Below, piece by piece: positions 38,906 through 47,837 of a DNA stretch of 64,000 nt (positions are counted from its first letter, which is position 1; the number at the start of each line of letters is the position of its first letter). Both the position numbers and the translations under genes were made by a program. The DNA comes from Nitrososphaeria archaeon (GTDB lineage Archaea; Thermoproteota; Nitrososphaeria; Nitrososphaerales; JAAOZN01). Location of the stretch: assembly GCA_029775855.1 (NCBI GenBank), contig JARVJZ010000001.1, positions 288,001-352,000 on the forward strand, read 5' to 3'. Below the pieces are notes generated by a model. That model did not search any database. It had not been told where the DNA came from and saw nothing but the letters and a program-made list of their open reading frames with translations.

Positions 38906-40008
38906 CCTTCAAATTATCAGATCAACATACAGCCAAACATATCTTAAAAAAGATTAGAGAACTTAACCTAAACCTAAGGATCATGCATGTCTGCGGCACA
39001 CACCAAGACACCTTAGTCAAACATGGGTTAGACACCCTTCTTCAAGAATGTAATGTCGAAATGAGACAAGGACCTGGCTGCCCAGTCTGTGTAACACCTC
39101 CAAGAGAGTTCGAGGAAGCCAAAATCTTAGCTAAAGAAGGATGTGTAATAGCGGTATATGGCGATGTTATAAGGGTTCCAGTGGAAGGGGGTTCATTAGC
39201 AGACCTTAAAGCAGAAGGATACGACATACGCATCGTCTATGGCGCAGAAGACGCTGTTAAAATCGCTAAAAAAACACATAAACCTGTTGTCTTCATGGCA
39301 ATAGGATTCGAAACTACCGCGCCAAGCACAGCTTCAGTATTGCTTAATGAGCCGCCTGAAAACTTTTATGTGCTATCATGCCACCGCTATGTTCCACCAG
39401 CCTTAGATGCTCTGCTTGGAATGGGTGAATTGAAGATCGATGGGTTAATAGATCCTGGGCATGTAAGCGCGATTATAGGTCTTAAACCTTATGAATACCT
39501 CTCGGAGAGGTATCATCTCCCTCAAGTAGTTTCAGGGTTTGAGCCCCTTGATATGTTGGTTGCCGTGTTGATGATAGCGCTTCAGATAAAAAAAGGTGAA
39601 GCTAGGGTTGAAAACGAGTACAAGCGTGTAGTAAAGTATGAAGGAAACATTAAGGCTCTGAAGATCTTAAATGAAGTCTTCCAGCCTTCAGATGCTGTCT
39701 GGAGGGGCTTAGGTCTCATAAAGGATTCTGGTATGAAGATTAGAGGAGTATTCGAAGACCACGATGCGAGGCAAGTCTTTGAAGACAGGCTTAAGGTGCT
39801 TGACTCTATTGAATTCAAAGAGCCTTTTGGATGTAGGTGCAGCGAGGTTATACGGGGTCTACTTTACCCACAGGAATGTGTTTTATTCGGTAAGGTGTGC
39901 ACACCAACCAGACCCATTGGACCTTGTATGGTTTCGGTTGAGGGTTCGTGTAATATTGAATACAAATATGGTAGGTTGAATGTTAAGTTGTCTTCTAACA
40001 GATCCTAG
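38902..40008 (+). CDS. hypD: Hydrogenase maturation protein HypD
   Basis: VCGTH, GPGCPVCVTP, GFETTAP, PGHVS, GPCMVSVEGSC. Confidence 0.97.
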   Translation: MTFKLSDQHTAKHILKKIRELNLNLRIMHVCGTHQDTLVKHGLDTLLQECNVEMRQGPGCPVCVTPPREFEEAKILAKEGCVIAVYGDVIRVPVEGGSLADLKAEGYDIRIVYGAEDAVKIAKKTHKPVVFMAIGFETTAPSTASVLLNEPPENFYVLSCHRYVPPALDALLGMGELKIDGLIDPGHVSAIIGLKPYEYLSERYHLPQVVSGFEPLDMLVAVLMIALQIKKGEARVENEYKRVVKYEGNIKALKILNEVFQPSDAVWRGLGLIKDSGMKIRGVFEDHDARQVFEDRLKVLDSIEFKEPFGCRCSEVIRGLLYPQECVLFGKVCTPTRPIGPCMVSVEGSCNIEYKYGRLNVKLSSNRS

Positions 40009-41047
40009 GGACTGGGTCTCCTATAGGTGGTGGGATTATTCTCTTACCTCCTACTTTTGTCTTTAAGACTACTTCTTTGAAGTTGCTTGTTGCTTCACCT
40101 ATTATCTCAGCTTCCCTTCCTTCTGGTGTTTCACGGAGTGCTGCTAAGACTTCTTCAGCCTTCTCTTTAACCACGCCTACTATCATCTTACCCTCATTCC
40201 CAACATCATAGGGGTCTATTCCGAGCATCTCACAAGCAGCCCTAACATTCTCATGCACAGGAATCTTCTCCTCCTCTACAAGAATGCCTACTGCTGATTT
40301 TTCACTCCACTCGTTTAAAGCATTTGATAATCCACCCCTCGTTGGATCTTTTAACGCGACAACACCCCCAGTCTCAAGGATCTTCTCTACTGCTTTGTTC
40401 AACGGCTTGACATCAGAGCATACATTTCCTTCGAAGCCGTAGCCTTCTCTGCTGGAAAGAACAGCTATACCATGGTCTCCAACCGCACCAGATAATATGA
40501 TCTTATCTCCAGCTCTAATATTCGAATCTAAGAGCCACCTTGCTTCAAAGGCTCTGTATCTTTTTACAACCTCGATATTTCTATCTAAAAATCTGCTGCG
40601 CCGACCTATCCCTGATGTGTTTATGACGAACTTATCTAACGCGCCTTTTTCAACCACTTTTGTGTCTCCCGCAACAATAAAGACACCAGCCTCTCTGCAA
40701 GTCTCTGCCATACTCTCAACGATCTTGGTCAAGTCATCTAACGGGAAGCCTTCTTCCAAGATGAAGCCAGCTGTCAAAGCTAGGGGTTCACCTCCAACCA
40801 TACATATATCGTTGACTGTTCCTGATACAGCAAGCCTACCTATGTCACCTCCTGGAAAGAAGAGCGGCTTGACGGTGTGGGAATCTGTCTTCAAGACTAT
40901 GTTATCAACAACAGCAGCATCATCAAGGGCTTCAAGAGGCACTTCAACTCCGCTTCCACCTAGCCTACTCACTATGAGCCTCTTGATGAGGCTCTGCATA
41001 ACCGAGCCTCCAGCCCCATGCGCCATAGTCACAAGCTTACTTGCCAT
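39995..41047 (-). CDS. hypE: Hydrogenase maturation protein HypE
   Basis: MAHGAGG, FFPGGDIG, GDTKVV, DPTRGG, C-terminal PRIC. Confidence 0.97.
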   Translation of the reverse strand: MASKLVTMAHGAGGSVMQSLIKRLIVSRLGGSGVEVPLEALDDAAVVDNIVLKTDSHTVKPLFFPGGDIGRLAVSGTVNDICMVGGEPLALTAGFILEEGFPLDDLTKIVESMAETCREAGVFIVAGDTKVVEKGALDKFVINTSGIGRRSRFLDRNIEVVKRYRAFEARWLLDSNIRAGDKIILSGAVGDHGIAVLSSREGYGFEGNVCSDVKPLNKAVEKILETGGVVALKDPTRGGLSNALNEWSEKSAVGILVEEEKIPVHENVRAACEMLGIDPYDVGNEGKMIVGVVKEKAEEVLAALRETPEGREAEIIGEATSNFKEVVLKTKVGGKRIIPPPIGDPVPRIC

Positions 41048-41166
41048 CCTCTCACTGCCCTATCATGATATGGGTCGCAGATATAGAACTTAACTGTTTA
41101 GTAATCTATGAAGCTGGTTTACCGAGCTTCCCACATTATAATATTCTGAGGAATAGCAATTGTAGA

Positions 41167-41541
41167 CTATGGGATTACCATCTTTATGGCTTTGATTCTG
41201 CACTCAAGGCCTTCTTTGATCTTAACCGGCTCACCGCATTTAGGGCAAGATAGGGATACCGCCCACAATCCCAGTTCATCATCGCTTACTTTGCCTATTG
41301 AGCCTATGTAGCCGCAGCTGCTGCACTCTACTTTGGGTTCTTGCTCTGTTATCACAAGTCTCGACCCTTTTAGGATGTTATCTCTTTTTAGGATGTTGTA
41401 GCAGAAGGTTAGTTGTTCTTTGCTGAGGTGTGTGAGTCTACCTACTATAAGATGCACGCTTTTAACTTGCTTAGCACCTCTTTTTTCAGCCTCTCTTATA
41501 GCGACTTTCACTATTTCACTAGCTACAGATAGTTCGTGCAC
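41167..41541 (-). CDS. hypA: Nickel metallochaperone HypA
   Basis: MHELSVA, two CxxC motifs. Confidence 0.96.
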   Translation of the reverse strand: MHELSVASEIVKVAIREAEKRGAKQVKSVHLIVGRLTHLSKEQLTFCYNILKRDNILKGSRLVITEQEPKVECSSCGYIGSIGKVSDDELGLWAVSLSCPKCGEPVKIKEGLECRIKAIKMVIP

Positions 41542-41553
41542 GGTCTTCTCCCT

Positions 41554-42261
41554 TTAAAGCCCTATTGCTTTAACTACATCTTCCACTCCTTCGCCAGTTT
41601 TACAGCTTGTCTTTACAACTTTAAGGCTAGGCTTTATGGTGTGGATGTCTTTTTCTATCTTAATAGGGTCTACATTCATTATTGGTGCTAAGTCGATTTT
41701 GTTTATGATCGCAAGGTCGGCTTCAGCGAATATGTATGGGTGTTTGACGACCATATGCTCACCTTCACTCACGCTTATCACTACTATCCGCTTTTCACAC
41801 CCTAAGGGGAAGTCTGCGGGGCATATGAGGTTCCCAACATTCTCAATAAAGAGCACATCTATGTTGCTTAAATCAAGTCTTGTTAGAGCTTTTTTAACTA
41901 AGTTTGCATCTAGATGGCATTCTTTTCCAGTGTTTATCTGAAGAACCTTAGCGCCGTGTTTACCTATACGCTCAGCATCTATCGTTGTCGCAGCATCCCC
42001 TCCAATCGCAGCTACCCTATACTTACCCTTAAGCATCTGCACAAGCCTCTCGATAAGCGATGTCTTACCAGAACCAACAGAGCCCATTATGTCGAATGAC
42101 CTAATGCCATACTTAAGTAAGGTTTTAGCGTTTTCATCGGCTAACTTCCGATTCGCTTCAAGAATGTCTTCCTCTAACTCGACATCGAAGATCTCATCTG
42201 GCTCAGGCTTAATCACAGCATCTACATCCAAGCAGCATTCCTCCAACTGGAAGCGACACAT
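41554..42261 (-). CDS. hypB: Nickel incorporation NTPase HypB
   Basis: GSVGSGKT, ECHLDA, ENVGNLICPA, NKID; true start may be TTG 42231. Confidence 0.96.
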   Translation of the reverse strand: MCRFQLEECCLDVDAVIKPEPDEIFDVELEEDILEANRKLADENAKTLLKYGIRSFDIMGSVGSGKTSLIERLVQMLKGKYRVAAIGGDAATTIDAERIGKHGAKVLQINTGKECHLDANLVKKALTRLDLSNIDVLFIENVGNLICPADFPLGCEKRIVVISVSEGEHMVVKHPYIFAEADLAIINKIDLAPIMNVDPIKIEKDIHTIKPSLKVVKTSCKTGEGVEDVVKAIGL

Positions 42262-42318
42262 AAAATATTGTTAAACTAAGATATATCTGCTTCCCATTTT
42301 CTTTACAACTCTGCATAT

Positions 42319-42795
42319 CTAAGGATCTAAAGCCAGTCTAGCAGCTAAAGCTGCAGCCTTTGGAATAGATTCCACAACCTCATTAGACATCTCGGTACAA
42401 ACCTCGTTAGGTAAATAGCCAACGATGCATGCTACTATGTAGATCTTTACACCCATAGCCTCTAACTGAGCAAGCATATCTCTGTTAGGAAAAGTATGTG
42501 ATGGTGATACGCTCCTATGGTCAGGCACATCTTGTACACCAAGAACTTTTACCTCTCCGATTGTTCCCTTCTGCTGTAAGGCATCGACTAATATGAGTTT
42601 AGTTGGTTTCTCTTCTTCCGAGAGTATGTTAAGCAGAACTTGTGAGATGCCTAAACCAACATCTAAAACCTCAACTTCTTCCTCGCTTACAAGATGTTCT
42701 TTAATTATATACTCGACAACCTTAGGTCCAAAGCCATCATCTCCTCTGAATATATTCCCACAACCTAAGATTAATGGCTTATTTCTAATACGCAT
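42319..42795 (-). CDS. Hydrogenase maturation protease (HycI/HybD family)
   Basis: GCGNIFRGDDGFG, LVDAL, PSH. Confidence 0.93.
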   Translation of the reverse strand: MRIRNKPLILGCGNIFRGDDGFGPKVVEYIIKEHLVSEEEVEVLDVGLGISQVLLNILSEEEKPTKLILVDALQQKGTIGEVKVLGVQDVPDHRSVSPSHTFPNRDMLAQLEAMGVKIYIVACIVGYLPNEVCTEMSNEVVESIPKAAALAARLALDP

Positions 42796-43019
42796 AGCCT
42801 GATCTCTGTTTAACTAGTGTTTATGCTTTCTTCTAATGTCTGTTATTCATGTTTTTTTAGATTATATAATGAATATATAGTGCTGCATAGTTAATATTTT
42901 ATTTACACCACAGATATATAGAATAACTACCCATAGATTGTTGGATGAAGGGGATGAATAAATATCTACCCCTTAACCCTGAGGCTGAAAAACCCTCAGG
43001 ACGGAGGTGTGATATATAG

Positions 43020-43523
43020 ATGCAGACTTATGCCCAAACCGATATTCTCGACGCTGTAAGAGGTGTCATCGGTGATCATAGACCAGAGGCTTGCTACCAA
43101 TGTATGAAGTGCACAAGCGGCTGCCCAGCTGCTAAAGTGAGTGAATACAAGCCTCATATGATGGTGATACTGACTAAAGCGGGGTTAGCTGAAGAGGTTA
43201 TGAAAAGCGGCATAATATGGGCTTGCTCTATGTGTCTAAAGTGTAAAGAATATTGTCCACAAGATGTTGCACCCTTCGATGTTGTCACAGCCTTAAAGAA
43301 TGTAGCTATCTCTAAAGGCTATCGCCCACCTGAGATGCTTGTAGGGATGTCAAATAATGTTCTAGACTATGGTTGCATAATGGATAAGCCTATGACAATA
43401 ACCACAACAGACTTCGAAGAAGTATCAAGAAAGAGCTTAGGGCTTCCCGATATTGTGCATCCTAAAGATATGGAGCAGTTTAAGAAAACAGTTGCCAGAT
43501 TCGGATTCAGGAGGTTGAGCTAG
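43020..43523 (+). CDS. hdrC: Heterodisulfide reductase subunit C
   Basis: CYQCMKCTSGCP and CSMCLKCKEYCP; first gene of hdrCBA; GGAGGTG RBS at 43003-43009. Confidence 0.92.
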   Translation: MQTYAQTDILDAVRGVIGDHRPEACYQCMKCTSGCPAAKVSEYKPHMMVILTKAGLAEEVMKSGIIWACSMCLKCKEYCPQDVAPFDVVTALKNVAISKGYRPPEMLVGMSNNVLDYGCIMDKPMTITTTDFEEVSRKSLGLPDIVHPKDMEQFKKTVARFGFRRLS

Positions 43524-44399
43524 TTGAAGCTATACATCTTCTTAGGATGCGCTACGCCAACCAAACAATACGGCTATGAGCTTTCAACCAGAGCGGTCTT
43601 CCCCAAGCTTGGAATAGAGTTAGAAGAGATGCCTGATTCAAACTGCTGCGGCACTCCAATTATGGGTGTAAATAGATTTTACAGCATATATGGTCCGGCG
43701 AGATTGATGGCTATAGCCGAAGCAGGCGGGTTAGACTTACTTGCGCCTTGCAATGGATGTCACCTAGCCTTAAGCGAAGCATCATTTCTTCTAAGAGAAA
43801 GGAAGCATCTCTTAGAGCAGGTAAATAATCTGCTTAAGGAGGAAGGTCTAAAATACACGGGGAAGGCTCGGGTCTATCACCCAGTCGAAGCGCTACACGA
43901 CTTAGTTGGTGTGGAAAAGATCTCCTCTGCAATATCCTATAAGCTTCCGCCTTTGAAGTTCGCCTGCCATCCGGGGTGCCATCTCGTTCGCCCTTCTCAT
44001 ATAGGTAGACCGGAAAAGAGAGACGGTAAGTTAAAGCTTGAGGCACTTGCTGAGGCTATTGGACTACAGACTAGAGATCATCCGGAAAAATATGAGTGCT
44101 GCGGAGCAGCTATGCTTCCATACTCTACTGATGCAGCTATCAAAACCGTTGGAATGAGACTGAAACGCTTCGTAGAAGGAGGATTTGATGGAGTAACTAC
44201 ACTATGCCCCTACTGCTTCGACATGATCGATGGGAAGCAAGACGCTGCCAAGACCATAACCGGAGACAGAACTCTCTCTATACCAACATTCTACTACACC
44301 CAACTTCTAGGATTATCTATGGGTTTGAGTGAAAGAGAATTGGGGCTCAATCTGAATATGAGCCCAGTTGGAAACGTGCTTGAAAAGTTAAAGAGGTGA
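43524..44399 (+). CDS. hdrB: Heterodisulfide reductase subunit B
   Basis: Two CCG domains: GC..CCG..CNGC and HPGCH..CCG..CPYC; YYTQLLGL. Confidence 0.93.
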   Translation: MKLYIFLGCATPTKQYGYELSTRAVFPKLGIELEEMPDSNCCGTPIMGVNRFYSIYGPARLMAIAEAGGLDLLAPCNGCHLALSEASFLLRERKHLLEQVNNLLKEEGLKYTGKARVYHPVEALHDLVGVEKISSAISYKLPPLKFACHPGCHLVRPSHIGRPEKRDGKLKLEALAEAIGLQTRDHPEKYECCGAAMLPYSTDAAIKTVGMRLKRFVEGGFDGVTTLCPYCFDMIDGKQDAAKTITGDRTLSIPTFYYTQLLGLSMGLSERELGLNLNMSPVGNVLEKLKR

Positions 44400-44400
44400 A

Positions 44401-46383
44401 ATGAAGGTGGCTGAAGAACCTAAAGTTGGAGTATATGTATGCCACTGCGGCGTAAACATAGCAAGCGTCGTTAATGTAAAAGCGGTAGTAGAGTACGCTT
44501 CAACCCTACCTAATGTAGAAGTAGCAAAAGACTACCCATTCATGTGCTCAGACCCTGGTCAGAACATAGTAATCGAAGATATAAAATCAAAAGGACTTAA
44601 TAGAATCGTTGTAGCTTCTTGCTCACCCAGAATGCACGAGCCCACCTTCAGAAAAGCTCTGGAGCGAGCTGGTCTCAACCCCTATCTGCTTGAAATGGCA
44701 AATATACGCGAGCACTGCTCTTGGGTCCACGAAAAGCAGCCTCAAGAGGCAACCGAGAAGGCTAAGGATCTTGTTGCGGCTGCTGTTGCAAAGGCGCGCA
44801 TGCTGAAGCCTCTTGAAACCATCAAGATGCCTGCTGTAAAACGTGCTTTGGTGATAGGTGGAGGTGTTGCTGGTATAAGGGCTGCGCTTGACATAGCTAA
44901 CAGTGGTTTTGAAGTCTATCTTGTGGAGACGAGGCCAAGTATAGGGGGTAATATGGCTAGGCTTGATAAGACCTTTCCAACACTCGACTGCTCCCAATGC
45001 ATATTAACGCCTATGATGGTTGAAGTTGCACAGCATCCAAACATAAAGCTCCTAACATATAGCGAAGTCAAAAGTATAGATGGTTCGGTAGGGAACTTTA
45101 CCGTCAAGATACTTAAGAAACCTAGATATGTCAAAGAAGATGTATGCACCGGCTGCGGTGTATGTGAGCAAAAGTGCCCATATACAGTTCCAAGCGAGTT
45201 CAACCTAGGTCTTGGTAAGAGAAAAGTGATCTACTTTGAGTTCCCACAAGCTGTGCCTCTAAAACCTGTGTTGGATAGAGAGAACTGCGTCTACTTTAAG
45301 AAGGGCACTTGCAGAGCTTGTGAAAAGTTCTGCCCAACTAAAGCGATAGACTACACCCAGCAGCCACAAGAGATAACGGTTGATGTTGGCGCAATCATCT
45401 TGGCAACAGGATATGGTCTATACGATGTTAAGAGTAAGATGCCTGAATATAGATACGGTCTAAGCAAGAACGTAATAACAGGCTTAGAACTTGAGCGCCT
45501 CACATCAGCTACAGGACCGACAAAAGGGCATATCTTAAGACCCGGCGACAAGAAGGAGCCTAAGGATGTAGCCATAATTCTCTGTGTAGGCTCTAGAGAT
45601 GAAAAGCATCTGGACTACTGCTGCAGATTCGGATGCGTCGCTGGCATAAAGCACGCCTACTACATAGTGAGCCACATACCTGACGCAAGGGTAACCATAT
45701 GCTACACAGACATAAGGGCATTCGGAAAAGGTTACGAAGACTTCTACGCAAGGATAAGATCGTTGGATAACGTTCAGTTCATCCGAGGCAGACCTATGGA
45801 GGTGTTTGAAGATTCAAACGGTTCACTCTACTTCGATGTCTTCGACCAGAACACAAATAGACTCATAAGACTTAACCCAGACCTCGTCGTCCTAGAGACA
45901 GGAGTCGTGCCAGACCCATCATTTGAGCAGATAGCAACAGTTCTTAAATGCTCAAGAGGACCTGATGGCTTTGCACTCGAGCTACACCCGAAGCTCAGAC
46001 CAACTGAGACTTCTGTTGACGGCGTCTTCTTGGCTGGTGTAGTACAAGGGCCAAAGGATATTCCAGACACAGTGGCGCAGGCAGGCGCAGCCGCAGCATC
46101 AGCTATAGCGCTCCTATCAAGAGGGGAAGTTGAGAGTGTGCCTAACGTTGCTTCAGTCAACCAAGAGTTATGTAGCGGATGTGGGGTCTGTGAGCCAATA
46201 TGTCCATACACCGCTATAGTGCTTGAAGCTAGAAACGGTGGTAGAGTAGCTAAAGTTGAGGCTACTAAGTGTAAAGGCTGTGGTGCTTGTGCAGCAGCGT
46301 GCCCATCGGGTGCAATGACACAGCTAGGCTTCGAAGATAAGCAGATTATACCTCAGTTAGAGGTGCTTGCTAAAGGGAGGTAG
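44401..46383 (+). CDS. hdrA: Heterodisulfide reductase subunit A (bifurcating flavoprotein)
   Basis: GVYVCHCG, CSPRMHE, NIREHCSW, GGGVAG, LDKTFPTLDC, inserted ferredoxin, CVGSRD, HPKLRP, C-terminal ferredoxin. Confidence 0.97.
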   Translation: MKVAEEPKVGVYVCHCGVNIASVVNVKAVVEYASTLPNVEVAKDYPFMCSDPGQNIVIEDIKSKGLNRIVVASCSPRMHEPTFRKALERAGLNPYLLEMANIREHCSWVHEKQPQEATEKAKDLVAAAVAKARMLKPLETIKMPAVKRALVIGGGVAGIRAALDIANSGFEVYLVETRPSIGGNMARLDKTFPTLDCSQCILTPMMVEVAQHPNIKLLTYSEVKSIDGSVGNFTVKILKKPRYVKEDVCTGCGVCEQKCPYTVPSEFNLGLGKRKVIYFEFPQAVPLKPVLDRENCVYFKKGTCRACEKFCPTKAIDYTQQPQEITVDVGAIILATGYGLYDVKSKMPEYRYGLSKNVITGLELERLTSATGPTKGHILRPGDKKEPKDVAIILCVGSRDEKHLDYCCRFGCVAGIKHAYYIVSHIPDARVTICYTDIRAFGKGYEDFYARIRSLDNVQFIRGRPMEVFEDSNGSLYFDVFDQNTNRLIRLNPDLVVLETGVVPDPSFEQIATVLKCSRGPDGFALELHPKLRPTETSVDGVFLAGVVQGPKDIPDTVAQAGAAAASAIALLSRGEVESVPNVASVNQELCSGCGVCEPICPYTAIVLEARNGGRVAKVEATKCKGCGACAAACPSGAMTQLGFEDKQIIPQLEVLAKGR

Positions 46384-46388
46384 AGATT

Positions 46389-46856
46389 ATGGCGAGCAGC
46401 TTCGAACCAAGAATAGTTGTATTTGCATGCAACTGGTGCTCGTATGCAGGCATGGACCTAGCTGGTACAAGCAGAATGCTTTACCCCGCAAACCTTAGAG
46501 TGGTAAGATTAATGTGCTCGGGTAGGCTGGAGCCAGAGCACATACTATATGCATTCAAGGCAGGTGCTGACGGTGTGCTTGTTACTGGGTGTCATCCAGG
46601 AGACTGCCACTACATCTCTGGCAACTATAAGACGAGAAAGAGGATTAGACTGCTGGAGCAGTTGTTGGCTCAATTCGGACTTGAAAAGGAGCGTCTGAGG
46701 TTAGAGTGGATCTCAGCTTCAGAGGGAGAACTATTTACTAGAATAGCAAAGGAGTTCATCGAGAAGATAAGATCTCTAGGTCCAAGTCCACTGAAGCAGG
46801 AAGGGCTCTTCGCACCGCTGATTACTGTAGCAGCGGCTGGAGGAGGTGGTGAGTAG
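46389..46856 (+). CDS. mvhD: Methyl-viologen-reducing hydrogenase subunit D (2Fe-2S)
   Basis: CNWCSYAG, MCSGR, GCHPGDCHY, WISASEG. Confidence 0.96.
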   Translation: MASSFEPRIVVFACNWCSYAGMDLAGTSRMLYPANLRVVRLMCSGRLEPEHILYAFKAGADGVLVTGCHPGDCHYISGNYKTRKRIRLLEQLLAQFGLEKERLRLEWISASEGELFTRIAKEFIEKIRSLGPSPLKQEGLFAPLITVAAAGGGGE

Positions 46857-47830
46857 TGAGCAAACCTAAGGTTGCTATAGTGTTAGGTTCGACTTGCGCA
46901 GGCTGCGACTACTCCTTACTAGACCTTGGTCCGACCGTTGCTGATGTGCTGGCTAGTGTCGAGATTGTATACTGGCCTACTGGCGCAGACTTCAAGTTAA
47001 GTGATTTGGAATCTGTGCCTGATGGTAGTGTCGCTCTAACTCTATATGAAGGCGCTATAACCAACAGTGATAATGAGGAGCTCGCTAAGCTCGTTAGAAG
47101 AAAATCTAAAGCGGTTGTAGCATACGGCTCCTGCGCGTGCTTCGGCGGCATACCGGGATTGGCAAACGTATCTACAGCTAAAGATATTATGAAGACAGCG
47201 TATGTAGAAACTTGGAGTAGTGATAACAAAGAGGGTCAGCTACCACAACCCCTCTCTAAGGTAAATGGTAAGCACCTCGAGCTACCAGTAACATATGACA
47301 CCATAAGAGCCCTTGACCAAGTTATACCTGTTGAATACTACATGCCGGGTTGCCCGCCGCCTCTATCATACATCGAGCAAGCCCTTGTAGCAGCGCTTTC
47401 TGGTAAACTTCCACCACCAGGATACGTTTTCGCCTCTGAACGCTCACTTTGCGATGAATGCAAGAGGACAAAGGAAAAGAAGAACCTAACAGCCATCAAA
47501 AGATTCCACGAAATCATACCAGACAGCCAAAGATGCCTACTTGAACAAGGAATACTCTGCATGGGTCCAGCGACAAGAGGTGGATGCAAAGCTCCATGCG
47601 TAGATAACAATATACCTTGCCGTGGATGTATGGGTCCAACACCAGAAGCGCTTGACCAAGGAGCGAAGATGCTCTCAGCCCTAGCGTCTATACTTGCATT
47701 AGATATGGAGAGTGGTGTGTCAGAAGATAGGCTCATTCCTCTCATTCAGCAAGTAAAAGACCCATTAGGCACATTCTACAGATTTGGGTTACCTAAGTCG
47801 ATGTTTAGAAGAGTGATACCGAGGAGGTGA
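46856..47830 (+). CDS. mvhG: Group 3c NiFe hydrogenase small subunit
   Basis: CAGC, GSCACFGGIPG, PGCPP, CDEC, CMGPAT..C..CRGC, DQGAKM. Confidence 0.94.
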   Translation: MSKPKVAIVLGSTCAGCDYSLLDLGPTVADVLASVEIVYWPTGADFKLSDLESVPDGSVALTLYEGAITNSDNEELAKLVRRKSKAVVAYGSCACFGGIPGLANVSTAKDIMKTAYVETWSSDNKEGQLPQPLSKVNGKHLELPVTYDTIRALDQVIPVEYYMPGCPPPLSYIEQALVAALSGKLPPPGYVFASERSLCDECKRTKEKKNLTAIKRFHEIIPDSQRCLLEQGILCMGPATRGGCKAPCVDNNIPCRGCMGPTPEALDQGAKMLSALASILALDMESGVSEDRLIPLIQQVKDPLGTFYRFGLPKSMFRRVIPRR

Positions 47831-47837
47831 GAATAGG

